64,000 nt of DNA from Thermoanaerobaculia bacterium (GTDB taxonomy: Bacteria; Acidobacteriota; Thermoanaerobaculia; Gp7-AA8): the NCBI GenBank assembly GCA_038244715.1, contig JBBRTE010000014.1, positions 61,775 through 125,774 of the forward strand, given 5' to 3'. Below are positions 37,686 through 46,608 of this stretch, one piece after another (positions within the stretch are counted from its first letter, which is position 1; each line of letters begins with the position of its first letter). The notes beneath the pieces are model-generated. The model was given only the letters and a program-made list of their open reading frames with translations, searched no databases and was not told where the DNA came from. The position numbers were made by a program, and so were the translations under genes.

Positions 37686-38356
37686 TGCGGCGTTTCCTGA
37701 TCGCGGTGACCACGGTCGTCCTGCTGGGCTCCTGCCGGACGATGCGGCCGGCGGGGGAGGAGACACCGGTCTCGCCGTTGCTGGCGAGGGATCCGGCGTC
37801 GGCAGCACGCGAGTTGACCGCGCGCCGCGAACGACTCACCTCGGAGCGGAGCCTGCTGCGCATCCGAGCCACGAATGGGGAGCGGTCGCAGTCGTTCCGC
37901 GCCCAATTGCAGGTCGACGGTCACGGACACATGCTTCTCACCGCGTACACACCGCTCGGGACGAACGCCATCCGCCTCTACGCTGCCGCGGATGACGTCA
38001 CGTTCATCAACGATCTCGAGGGAACCTGGTGGCACGGCAGTGCGACGGAATTCGCGACGACGTTCGGGTTCTTCGGCACTGCACCGCCGTCTGCGATGGC
38101 TCTTCTCATCACGGGATTGCCTGGCGCGGAGAATTCGATTCTCTATCAGTACGGCGCGTCGGGAATCGCCAATGCGACCGCCGGCGGCGTCTTCGTGACC
38201 TTCGAACCGCCGTCGTATCCGCCGAAGCACGTTTCGATCGTTCGCGGAGTACAGAAGCTCGAGATCGAAACCCTTGAGTCTGCGATGACGACCGCTCCGA
38301 TCGCGGCCCCCGAAGTTCCGAAGGACTACCGCTGCTGCGTCGCTCCGCGGTTGTGA
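37682..38356 (+). CDS. LolB-like / DUF4292 lipoprotein
   Basis: LLGSC lipobox; position between the TPR gene and ispE. Confidence 0.6.
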   Translation: MMRRFLIAVTTVVLLGSCRTMRPAGEETPVSPLLARDPASAARELTARRERLTSERSLLRIRATNGERSQSFRAQLQVDGHGHMLLTAYTPLGTNAIRLYAAADDVTFINDLEGTWWHGSATEFATTFGFFGTAPPSAMALLITGLPGAENSILYQYGASGIANATAGGVFVTFEPPSYPPKHVSIVRGVQKLEIETLESAMTTAPIAAPEVPKDYRCCVAPRL

Positions 38357-38371
38357 CATCATCGGCGGGCG

Positions 38372-39172
38372 ATGCTCATCCGTGCGTACGCGAAGATCAA
38401 CTGGTCTCTGCGCATCACCGGCAAGCGCGCTGACGGGTTTCACGATCTGGAGACGCTCTTCCAGACGATCTCGCTGCACGACACGCTGACGATTCGCGAG
38501 TCCGACCGGTTTTCTCTCACCTGTGACGACCCGACGGTTCCGGCCGATGACCGAAATCTCGTTCTCCGAGCCGCGCGCGCGCTCGGTGTCCCTCCCGTTT
38601 CCATCGAACTCGCGAAAAAGATCCCAGCCGGGGGAGGGTTGGGCGGTGGTTCGTCCGACGCCGCGGCGACGCTGGTGGCGTTGTCGCAGCGGTTCGCAAT
38701 CACGACGCCGCTCGCGGAGATCGCCCTCTCGCTGGGCTCCGACGTCCCGTTTTTCCTCCTCGGCGGCACTGCCGTCGCCACGGGACGCGGCGAGATTCTG
38801 ACGCCATTGCCCTCCACGGCGGGCATCCCGCTGCTCTTGCTCATTCCGGCCGAGCGGGTCAGTACCGCCCGCGCGTTCGGCAGGGTGCAGCGTTTCTCGC
38901 AGCCCATCGGTGTGGAACGCTATCGCACGTTACTGGAGGACGGCCTGTTGTCGCATCCGGCAGATCTCGTCAACGATTTCGAGGAGCCGATCTTCACCAT
39001 GCTTCCCTCGTTGCGCGTGTTGAAAGAGCGTTTGTACCGGGCGGGAGCGGCCTGGGCCGCGATGTCAGGCTCGGGATCGACCATCGTCGGCGCCTTTCCC
39101 AGCCGCGAGGGTCGCGATGCCACCCTCCCGAGCTTCGGAGACGTTCTGGCGGTGGCCGCGGAGACGATTTGA
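38372..39172 (+). CDS. ispE: 4-diphosphocytidyl-2-C-methyl-D-erythritol kinase
   Basis: YAKIN, KKIPAGGGLGGGSSDAA, LGSDVPFF, MSGSGS. Confidence 0.95.
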   Translation: MLIRAYAKINWSLRITGKRADGFHDLETLFQTISLHDTLTIRESDRFSLTCDDPTVPADDRNLVLRAARALGVPPVSIELAKKIPAGGGLGGGSSDAAATLVALSQRFAITTPLAEIALSLGSDVPFFLLGGTAVATGRGEILTPLPSTAGIPLLLLIPAERVSTARAFGRVQRFSQPIGVERYRTLLEDGLLSHPADLVNDFEEPIFTMLPSLRVLKERLYRAGAAWAAMSGSGSTIVGAFPSREGRDATLPSFGDVLAVAAETI

Positions 39173-39191
39173 TGGTTTCCATTCTTAATAC

Positions 39192-39220
39192 TTGACGAAT
39201 CAACTAATGACAGTTAAATT
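39192..39220 (+). promoter_or_regulatory. Sigma70-type promoter of the marR-yceI operon
   Basis: TTGACG (39192-97), 17-nt spacer, TAAATT (39215-20); TTGA-N4-TCAA palindrome over the -35. Confidence 0.7.
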
Positions 39221-39226
39221 AATGTT

Positions 39227-39727
39227 GTGACACGAGACATCGTCGAAGAGCTGAAGCAGAACAAGCCCTTCCCCTCCAAAGGACAGGAGGCAGCCGTTGC
39301 CCTGCTGCGAACAGCCGACGTGTTGCGCCGGCTCATCGGCGCGGTCGTCGAGCCCGAGGGGATCACGACGCAGCAATACAACGTCCTGCGCATTCTCCGA
39401 GGGGCGGGGGAGGCCGGGTTGCCGACATTGGAGATCGCGGATCGCATGATCGAGGCCACGCCGGGGATCACGCGGCTCATCGATCGACTGGAGACCAAGA
39501 AGCTGGTTTCCCGCGAACGTTGCCTCACCGACCGGCGTCAGGTGTTCTGCCGCATCACTCCCGGCGGAATCAAGCTGGCGTCGAAACTCGACCGTCCTAT
39601 CCTCGACGCCACCGACACCGCATTGGGCATTCTGAAAAAAAACGAGCTCACGAGCCTCATCGATCTTCTCGACAGGACCCGTGAACACAGCAACCAGCAG
39701 TTCATCGAAAGGAGACGTACATCATGA
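39227..39727 (+). CDS. MarR-family transcriptional regulator
   Basis: GITTQQYNVLRIL, ITRLIDRLE, DRRQV. Confidence 0.92.
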   Translation: MTRDIVEELKQNKPFPSKGQEAAVALLRTADVLRRLIGAVVEPEGITTQQYNVLRILRGAGEAGLPTLEIADRMIEATPGITRLIDRLETKKLVSRERCLTDRRQVFCRITPGGIKLASKLDRPILDATDTALGILKKNELTSLIDLLDRTREHSNQQFIERRRTS

Positions 39728-40311
39728 AGTTCCCCTCACTGGCAGTTGCAGCACTCGTCCTCAGCGCGTCCTCTCTGTTCGCCGCCGAAACGTTCGTCGT
39801 CGACAAGGTGCATTCGGAGGCGACGTTTCAGGTCCGCCACATGATGAGCAAGGTCAGCGGCAAGTTCACCGACTTCGACGGCAAGGTTGACCTCGACCGC
39901 GCCAAGCCGGCCGTTTCCTCCGTCCAGTTCAACATCAAGACCGCCTCGGTCTACACGGGTGAGCCGGACCGCGACAAGCATCTGAAGACCGCAGATTTCT
40001 TTGACGCCGAAAAGTACCCGGAGATCACATTCAAGAGCACGAAGATCGCCGCGACGAAGAAGAAGAACATCTACGACGTCACCGGCGACCTGACGATGCG
40101 CGGCGTGACGAAGCACATCACGCTGCCCGTCGAGTTCAACGGGTTTGGGAAGGACCCCTGGGGCAACGAGCGCGCTGGGTTCTCCCTCACGACCACGCTC
40201 AACCGAAAGGACTACGGCATCAACTGGAACAAGGCGCTCGACAACGGCGGCTTCCTCCTGAGCGACGACGTCACGATCAACGTGAACCTCGAAGCGCAGA
40301 AGGCGAAGTAA
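39724..40311 (+). CDS. YceI-family lipid/isoprenoid-binding periplasmic protein
   Basis: Signal peptide; HSEATFQVRH, RDKHLK...FFD, GDLTMRGVTK, DPWG. Confidence 0.93.
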   Translation: MKFPSLAVAALVLSASSLFAAETFVVDKVHSEATFQVRHMMSKVSGKFTDFDGKVDLDRAKPAVSSVQFNIKTASVYTGEPDRDKHLKTADFFDAEKYPEITFKSTKIAATKKKNIYDVTGDLTMRGVTKHITLPVEFNGFGKDPWGNERAGFSLTTTLNRKDYGINWNKALDNGGFLLSDDVTINVNLEAQKAK

Positions 40312-40338
40312 AGAAGCGTCCGCCTTGCCGTGAGAATC

Positions 40339-40371
40339 GGGGTCGGTCCTGCCGGATCGGCCCCTTGTTTT
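40339..40371 (+). terminator. Intrinsic terminator after yceI
   Basis: GGGGTCGGTCC-TGCC-GGATCGGCCCC followed by TTGTTTT. Confidence 0.8.
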
Positions 40372-40388
40372 CGTCCATTCTTGTTTTA

Positions 40389-40402
40389 CAAGTAAATACT
40401 TG
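40389..40402. promoter_or_regulatory. Candidate operator in the folE promoter region
   Basis: Perfect CAAGTA-AA-TACTTG directly before CATAAT (40403-08). Confidence 0.5.
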
Positions 40403-40447
40403 CATAATTGTTCGCAACCTGTCAGGCTTCATGTAAGGAGGCTCTTG

Positions 40448-41032
40448 ATGCAGCAATCGAGCAGTCGTGAGGTACTTCCGTTTCCCATCGAACAAGCCGC
40501 GGCTGATGCGGTCACCACGATCCTCAGGTTCATCGGAGAAGACCCGTCGCGGGACGGATTGATCGACACTCCAGGACGCGTCCTGCGGGCCTGGCGCGAG
40601 ATGACATCGGGTTACGACGACGATCCCGCGGAGATCCTCGCGCGCACCTTCGACGAGACCAGCGACGAGATGGTCGTCCTGCGCGGCATCGGGTTCCACT
40701 CCACCTGCGAGCACCACATGCTGCCGTTCTACGGTGAAGTAAGCGTCGGGTACCTGCCGGGAAAGGTGGTGGGGATCAGCAAGCTGGCGCGTCTCGTTGA
40801 CTGTTTCGCGCGCCGGCTGCAGATTCAGGAACGGCTGACGCGGCAGGTTGCCGACGCGATCGAGGTCCATCTCGAAGCGCGCGGCGTCGGAGTGATCGTT
40901 CGTGCTCACCATCTCTGCATGGGCTGTCGCGGGGTTCGTCAACAGTCGACCGAGATGGTCACGTCGTCGATGCTCGGGACGCTTCGCAGCGATGCCATGG
41001 CGCGTGCCGAGTTCCTGCGCCTCGTCGAATAG
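40448..41032 (+). CDS. folE: GTP cyclohydrolase I
   Basis: TPGRV, STCEHHMLPF, GISKLAR, LQIQERLT, HLCMGCRG; AAGGAGG RBS. Confidence 0.95.
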   Translation: MQQSSSREVLPFPIEQAAADAVTTILRFIGEDPSRDGLIDTPGRVLRAWREMTSGYDDDPAEILARTFDETSDEMVVLRGIGFHSTCEHHMLPFYGEVSVGYLPGKVVGISKLARLVDCFARRLQIQERLTRQVADAIEVHLEARGVGVIVRAHHLCMGCRGVRQQSTEMVTSSMLGTLRSDAMARAEFLRLVE

Positions 41033-41151
41033 GGGAGTCACTCATCGATTTGAAATCAGGCGTCGCCAGGATCGATCTCCCCGACGGCGGAATGCAGGGT
41101 CGGTGAGTTGGATGGCGAGTCGTTGCGCGCATTCTCGCGAACGTCTGAGCG

Positions 41152-43314
41152 TTACCGTCGCCTCGTGCGATGCGTGGCCGGCGCGGTCCAGGGATCTTCC
41201 GGCCACGGATGCCGGGGATAGCGCCCCCGCAACTCCCGCCGAACTTCCTGGTATGCGCCGTTCCAGAAACCGCGCAGGTCCTGAGTGATCTGCACGGGCC
41301 GCCCGCCCGGCGAGAGCAGCGCGAAGGTGACCGGCGTCCGCCCTGGGCCGATGCGTGGGGACTCGCCGAGGCCGAAAAGCTCCTGCAGTTTGGCAGAGGC
41401 GACGACGGAGCCATCCTCGCGATACTCGAGTCGTGCGCTGCGTCCGCTCGGAAGCGGCAGCGTCAAGGGAGCGAGCGCGTCGAGCTGTTTCCGCAACGGG
41501 AAGGGAAGCTCGATGTGCACCTTGTCGAGGGTTCGCCTGCCGGTCACCGCTGCTGTGATCAGTACGCTCCAGTCGACCTCGAGGTGGGCGAAGGCGACGC
41601 GCGCTTCGAGGAGTGCGTCGGGCCTCGCGATTTCTGCGAGAATCCGCTCCGCCTCTGCGGCTTCGGGAGCGATGTTCTGCTCGTGCAGCAGGATCGCGCC
41701 GTACCATCGCCGCTCGAGCGCGATGACGCGGTTTCCGTCCAGCATATGAACCACCTCGCGCCGCGTCGGGATGAGCCACTCGCGCTCGACGACCCGCGCG
41801 TCGCGCACCAGGTCGCGGGTGATGTCGAGAACGACGAGAAACTCTCCGCTTCCGTCGTCGATCTCGCGCGCCAGAACCGCACCGGTGCCGGACGAAAGCA
41901 GCACCGCCGGTGATCTCGCTTCGCGGCGCTGGGCCACTCGGTCGGGATAGCCGCCCAACAGAGCGCGGCGCAATGAGGCGTCGTCGACGTGCCTTCGATA
42001 CGCAGCTCCGAGCACGCGGCGCGCAATTGCGGCCAGCTCCTTCGCTTCCGCAGGTGCTCCGCCGTTGAGTTGCACGGCGAGCGCGATCGCATCGTCGGCA
42101 CCGTGTGCATCGAGAACGATCCTGGCCAGACGTGGGTGGAGGGGGAACGCGCGAAGTTTCTCCGGCTCCTCGCCAGCACCCAGTTGCGCGAGGAGATCCA
42201 GTCCAGCCTCGATCCGATTTGCCGGCGGCGTTTCGAACCAGCGGAACGTTCGCGGATCGCCGCCCCAGGCGATGATATCCAGTAGCGGCGGTGCCAGGTC
42301 AGCGCGACGCACATCCGGCTCGCGATGGGGCCGGAGCATGTCGTGCGCATCCCAGAGCCGCACCGCTCGACCGGGCTGCGTGCGCCCTGCGCGGCCTGCG
42401 CGTTGTTCCGCGGAATCCGCAGAGATCCGCTCGACGACGAGATGATCGACCGCCGTGCCGGGATCGAATCGCAGCACCTTGTGGATGCCGGAGTCGATGA
42501 CGTCCGTGACGCCTTCGACCGTGAGCGAGGTCTCGGCGATGTTCGTCGCCACGATGACCTTGCGCCGGCCTGCAGGCGCCAGCGCGCGCTCCTGCGCATC
42601 GACATCTAGCGAGCCGTGCAGCGGCAGGACAAGTGCGTCCACGCCCGACAACTCGCGGCACACACGGTCGATCTCGCGCATTCCGGGAAGGAAGCAGAGG
42701 ATATCGCCGCCAGCGCTGCGCAGACGCTCATGCACCGCGTCCGCGACAGACAGGCCGGGTCGGTACTGAACATCCACGGGAAAGCGACGATCACCCACGT
42801 TGAAGATGCGGGCGTCGCCAAGAAATCGGGAGACGTCGGTGGCGTCGATCGTGGCGGACATGACGACCACCGCGAGGTCATCCCGCGACTGGATGGCCTC
42901 CTTCGCCAGCGCGAGCGCGATGTCTCCGTGAATGCTGCGCTCGTGAAACTCATCGAGGACGACGATGTTGAAGTCGCTCAGGAGCGGATCGCTCTGCAGC
43001 CGTGCCGTGAGGATCCCCTCTGTGGCCACGAGCAAGCGCGTGCTGTCGGAGAAGTTGCGCTCGAAGCGGATCTGCCAGCCGACTTCGCCGCCGATGGTCC
43101 AGCCGCGTTCGGCGGCGATGCGCCGCGCCAGGGCGCGAGCCGCCACCCTCCGTGGCTGGAGGAGGATCGTCCGTCCGAGGGCTGCGAGAGCCGGAGGGAT
43201 GCGGGTGGTCTTGCCGGAGCCAGGCGGCGCGACGACCACTGCGCTGCGGTGCGCGCGTACATGCGCGACGATCTCGGCGACGTGCTCATCGATCGGGAGC
43301 GCTGTTTGCACCAC
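41152..43314 (-). CDS. hrpB: ATP-dependent helicase HrpB
   Basis: APPGSGKTT, DEFHER, MSAT, TNIAETSLT, QRAGRAGR, LLSPGGRP, YPRHPWP. Confidence 0.93.
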   Translation of the reverse strand: MVQTALPIDEHVAEIVAHVRAHRSAVVVAPPGSGKTTRIPPALAALGRTILLQPRRVAARALARRIAAERGWTIGGEVGWQIRFERNFSDSTRLLVATEGILTARLQSDPLLSDFNIVVLDEFHERSIHGDIALALAKEAIQSRDDLAVVVMSATIDATDVSRFLGDARIFNVGDRRFPVDVQYRPGLSVADAVHERLRSAGGDILCFLPGMREIDRVCRELSGVDALVLPLHGSLDVDAQERALAPAGRRKVIVATNIAETSLTVEGVTDVIDSGIHKVLRFDPGTAVDHLVVERISADSAEQRAGRAGRTQPGRAVRLWDAHDMLRPHREPDVRRADLAPPLLDIIAWGGDPRTFRWFETPPANRIEAGLDLLAQLGAGEEPEKLRAFPLHPRLARIVLDAHGADDAIALAVQLNGGAPAEAKELAAIARRVLGAAYRRHVDDASLRRALLGGYPDRVAQRREARSPAVLLSSGTGAVLAREIDDGSGEFLVVLDITRDLVRDARVVEREWLIPTRREVVHMLDGNRVIALERRWYGAILLHEQNIAPEAAEAERILAEIARPDALLEARVAFAHLEVDWSVLITAAVTGRRTLDKVHIELPFPLRKQLDALAPLTLPLPSGRSARLEYREDGSVVASAKLQELFGLGESPRIGPGRTPVTFALLSPGGRPVQITQDLRGFWNGAYQEVRRELRGRYPRHPWPEDPWTAPATHRTRRR

Positions 43315-43323
43315 AAACGCATT

Positions 43324-43587
43324 ATGGCGACCAAACGAAACGACGACGACATCGACTACACCGCGGAAGGTGCCACTCCGCCCCACGAGAAAACGGACCC
43401 GACCGACGCCGGCTACGACGAGGCAGCGCACAGCGGAGGCGCGTACGGAGTCAGGGAAGGGGAAGGCGGCGTCTTTGGGACGAGCGGTGGCGGCAGCTAC
43501 AGCGGCGGCATGCACGTGGAGCAACGCGACGCCGTCGACACCGCCTCGGACGACGATGCACCGACCTCTGACGCCAAGCGAAAATAG
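43324..43587 (+). CDS. Small acidic Gly-rich hypothetical protein
   Basis: ATG at 43324; low-complexity D/E/G; followed by a hairpin. Confidence 0.6.
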   Translation: MATKRNDDDIDYTAEGATPPHEKTDPTDAGYDEAAHSGGAYGVREGEGGVFGTSGGGSYSGGMHVEQRDAVDTASDDDAPTSDAKRK

Positions 43588-43619
43588 AGTTTACGCACCC
43601 AATCAGCATCGCTGAAAGC

Positions 43620-43640
43620 AGGAGGAGAATCTCTCCTCTT
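43620..43640. terminator. Hairpin between convergent genes
   Basis: GAGGAGA-ATC-TCTCCTC. Confidence 0.45.
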
Positions 43641-43648
43641 CCCGCCCG

Positions 43649-45082
43649 CTACTCTTTCGCGGTCGGTTCGTCGAGCCTCTTCAGAATCGCAACCATTCTC
43701 GGCGCTTTTGCTTTTCCTGAATCCCGGTACTCGCGAAGGGCGGCCTTCCCCGGCTCGCCACCAGACTGAATGAGCACCGAAGCGGCCTCGTAGAGGATCA
43801 GCTCCGCGTTCTCCTGCAGCCACGGCTTGAGAATCGGAACCACGTGTTCCTTCCACCGAGCGCCTGCGATGTAGGCAGCCGCGCCGCGTACGCGGAGATC
43901 GGGCGATCGGAGGAGTTGTCGCAATTCCTCATCAAAGCCGGCGTGGGCTTTCTCCCCCAGCAGCGTCGCGGCGCCGTAGCGAATGGTGTCGTCGTCATGC
44001 TCCAGCAGCCTCACGACACCCTGTTGCACGGTAGGTGACCAGGCTCTGGCAGCTTCCTCCAACGCCATTCCGGCCACATACGGATCAGCGTCTCCGAGCA
44101 GTTGTACGGCACTCGCACCGCCCTTGCGTTTCGATGCGTATTGCGCTTGACCGAGCTCGGTTCCCACCGATCGAATTCGGCCCTCGGCATACTCGGAGTC
44201 GTAGAAATCAGGATCGATGAAGTACGCATCGAGGTAGTACCGAAGCGCCTTCTCCGGATCCTTCGTCACCTTCAGGAAGTAGCGGCCGGTCCATCCCTGA
44301 ATGTGTGCGGAATGCGGGTCGAGCTTCGCAGCCGTTTCGAATTCGGAAGCCGCCTCGGGGAGCTTGCCGGCGTCCTGCAGGAGAGTGGCGAGCGTGTAGT
44401 GGAGGTCCGCACTCTCGGGATACTTCGCGAGTGCCTCGGTCGCCGCCGAACGGGCGGCGCCGGGATTGCTCTTGACCAGCGATTGGATCTTTTCCAGGGA
44501 CGCGGGCAGCGATTTCGGATGGGCGTTCAGCCAGCTCTTCTCGAGAGCCGCGGCCTCTTCCTTGCGATGATCGCGCCGGAGTACTTCGGCGAGCACGCTG
44601 ATGAACTCGTAGGAATCCGGCTGGAGCGCGATCGATCGGCGAAGGTGCGTCTCGGCGCTCTTCCATTCTCCGCGCGAGAGATAGACATCGGCGAGGCGTC
44701 GATGCGTCTCCGCGTCCTCCGGAGTCTTCGTCAGCTCGGCGACGAGTGCTCGCTCCGCTTCCGGCCCGTTTTCAAAATCGTCGTGGTGATAGACGACCTG
44801 CACCGCGTGCGCGAAGGCCGCCTCGTCAAAGTGCGACCGTCGCGCTTCTTCCGAGACAAAGAAGCCCGTGAGCCGTTGGCCATGTCCGGCCAGATACCAG
44901 GCCAGCCGTAGATGTGCCTCGGCACTGAAATAGTGCTCGGCGAACTCCCGGCGCGCGGCGAGCAGTCCGGGATCCTCGGCGCCGCGCGAAGAGCCTGTGA
45001 GAGCGAACACGACAAACAGTGAGCACAGAAGCATGCGAGGCATGGATCGCGGCATGGCCACTCCGAGTTTGGTCTCGGCCAT
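43649..45082 (-). CDS. Exported TPR + HEAT-repeat protein
   Basis: Signal peptide; TPR-like central repeats; HEAT-like VRLLEHDDDTIRYGAA, LRSPDLRVRGAAA. Confidence 0.75.
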   Translation of the reverse strand: MAETKLGVAMPRSMPRMLLCSLFVVFALTGSSRGAEDPGLLAARREFAEHYFSAEAHLRLAWYLAGHGQRLTGFFVSEEARRSHFDEAAFAHAVQVVYHHDDFENGPEAERALVAELTKTPEDAETHRRLADVYLSRGEWKSAETHLRRSIALQPDSYEFISVLAEVLRRDHRKEEAAALEKSWLNAHPKSLPASLEKIQSLVKSNPGAARSAATEALAKYPESADLHYTLATLLQDAGKLPEAASEFETAAKLDPHSAHIQGWTGRYFLKVTKDPEKALRYYLDAYFIDPDFYDSEYAEGRIRSVGTELGQAQYASKRKGGASAVQLLGDADPYVAGMALEEAARAWSPTVQQGVVRLLEHDDDTIRYGAATLLGEKAHAGFDEELRQLLRSPDLRVRGAAAYIAGARWKEHVVPILKPWLQENAELILYEAASVLIQSGGEPGKAALREYRDSGKAKAPRMVAILKRLDEPTAKE

Positions 45083-45111
45083 GCTACCTCGTCTTCATCA
45101 GGGGAGCGTTG

Positions 45112-45146
45112 CGTGAAACGAGGCGCAGGCGGTCGCCTGCGCCTCG
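45112..45146 (-). terminator. Intrinsic terminator of the 45157-45807 gene
   Basis: Perfect 13-bp arms CGAGGCGCAGGCG/CGCCTGCGCCTCG (45119-45146), followed by TTTC on the minus strand. Confidence 0.75.
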
Positions 45147-45156
45147 GAGAAGACCA

Positions 45157-45807
45157 TTAGCCCAACAGCTCGGCCAGGCGGTCGAAGTGCTCGCTCCATG
45201 CCCTCTTCATCGCATCGGCGGCCGCCTTGTCGGGCAACTTCTGATGCTGAATCGCGACGACGCTCTTCGTCGGACCCTTCGACAGAAAACCGAGTTGGAC
45301 GGGCGTGCCGTCGTCCCATGCAATCCGCATTCGTTTCCCGATCGCGGAAGACTTCACGGAGACCTTAACCGGCAGCCACGTCCTGCGTGTCCGTGAATTC
45401 GCGAATGCGTTGAAGAGCGTTTCCAGCGGCACGTTGAACGTCCGGCTCTTGCTTGCTTCATAGCCGCCGTCGCGCCGCTGGCCCCTCGTGCGCAGGCCGC
45501 GGATGCGCTCGTAGCCGACGGTGACCATCTGGGACCACCAGCTGGGAACGCCGAGGGAGGATAGGTAGGCGGCGATCTCGCCGTGGGGCCTTTCCGCGGC
45601 GCGTGCGTTGTCGAGTACCGCAACCCATTCTGCCCAGTTGCGGCCGGAGCCTTTTTGAACCGAGTCGTCGCGCATGCCTGCGACGGAGGCGTAGTCGGGT
45701 TCCGGTGCGCTGGGCTTCACCAAATGCAGGCGGGCAGCGGTGTACGCCTCGCCGGTCTTCTGCATACGGGCACGGACCAGGCGCTTGAGGTCTTTCTGTT
45801 TCGGCAT
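45157..45807 (-). CDS. Hypothetical protein: basic N-terminal helix + DUF4287-like helical part + SRPBCC/AHSA1-like C-terminus
   Basis: PKQKDLKRLVRARMQKTGEAYTAAR; GRNWAEWVAVLD...WWSQMVTVGYE; AAGGAG RBS at 45814-19. Confidence 0.7.
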   Translation of the reverse strand: MPKQKDLKRLVRARMQKTGEAYTAARLHLVKPSAPEPDYASVAGMRDDSVQKGSGRNWAEWVAVLDNARAAERPHGEIAAYLSSLGVPSWWSQMVTVGYERIRGLRTRGQRRDGGYEASKSRTFNVPLETLFNAFANSRTRRTWLPVKVSVKSSAIGKRMRIAWDDGTPVQLGFLSKGPTKSVVAIQHQKLPDKAAADAMKRAWSEHFDRLAELLG

Positions 45808-45841
45808 CACGATCTCCTTCAGTCAAGTCACGAGCGATGCT

Positions 45842-45940
45842 CCCCAGCAGCGTCGTCCGCGACGACGAAGGTTCGTTTTACCGATTCGGGAGTGTGCCCC
45901 CCTTTGCCTCGGACGCGGTCTTCGCTGGGGGAAGACGATC
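45842..45940 (-). ncRNA. Candidate structured cis-regulatory RNA (unnamed)
   Basis: Three hairpins plus a loop CCCCAGC complementary to a downstream GCUGGGG; a G-U pair works only on the mRNA strand. Confidence 0.55.
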
Positions 45941-46006
45941 GAGGTTCGGCGTGAATCAGAGCCGTTTTGGGAATGTAGTCCTGTCGTGTCTGCGATGCAA
46001 GTTCCG

Positions 46007-46588
46007 CTACGGGGCACCTATCCGTTGCTCCACCGCCGCGAGCTGGGCAGTCAATGCATCGAGTCGTTTGAGCAGCTCCGTGTGGCGTAACTCGTCCATC
46101 GGAGGATTTTTTCGCTTGATGACGAACGCCCCGCCTGGCTCGAGCACGCAGTTCTCGACTTCGTGGATGCCGTCGAAGCCCTGACGGCGGACGACACTCT
46201 GCAGCTCCGCGATTGTGATCAGCTCGCGTGCCATCTCCCTCTTCTGGATCTCGCCCTCTTTGATGAGTGTCGAGGGCTTTCCTTCCAGCACCTCGTCGAG
46301 GCGGTGGTGCTTGAAAAGGAACCGCACCACCACGTAGTTGATCACCAGCAGCGAGGTCGCACCGACGATCCCGCCGGTGAGGGAGTTGTCATCTCCAATG
46401 ATCGCGTTCTGAACTGTGTTCGACAGCGAGAGCAATACGACGAGATCAAACGGATTGAGCTGCGCCAGCTCCCGTTTCCCGAAGACCCGCAGCAGGACCA
46501 CGAGAAAGATGTAGACGATGATCGGCCGGATGATCTTCTCGAGCAGTGGGATCGGCAGCGTGAAGAGGTGTGTAGCGATTGCGTGCAT
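46007..46588 (-). CDS. DUF421/YetF-family membrane protein
   Basis: GKRELAQLNPFDLVVLL, EGKPSTLI, VLEPGG. Confidence 0.9.
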   Translation of the reverse strand: MHAIATHLFTLPIPLLEKIIRPIIVYIFLVVLLRVFGKRELAQLNPFDLVVLLSLSNTVQNAIIGDDNSLTGGIVGATSLLVINYVVVRFLFKHHRLDEVLEGKPSTLIKEGEIQKREMARELITIAELQSVVRRQGFDGIHEVENCVLEPGGAFVIKRKNPPMDELRHTELLKRLDALTAQLAAVEQRIGAP

Positions 46589-46608
46589 GGAACTATGATG
46601 CACCTTCG

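Noticed and set aside
39173-39226. tRNA-Gln often found after ispE; tRNA-Sec near selA
   Set aside because: No cloverleaf or T-loop GTTC signature seen; the spacer is a short promoter.
40372-40447. preQ1 or THF riboswitch upstream of folE
   Set aside because: The short AT-rich spacer lacks the consensus stems and reads as a promoter with an operator.
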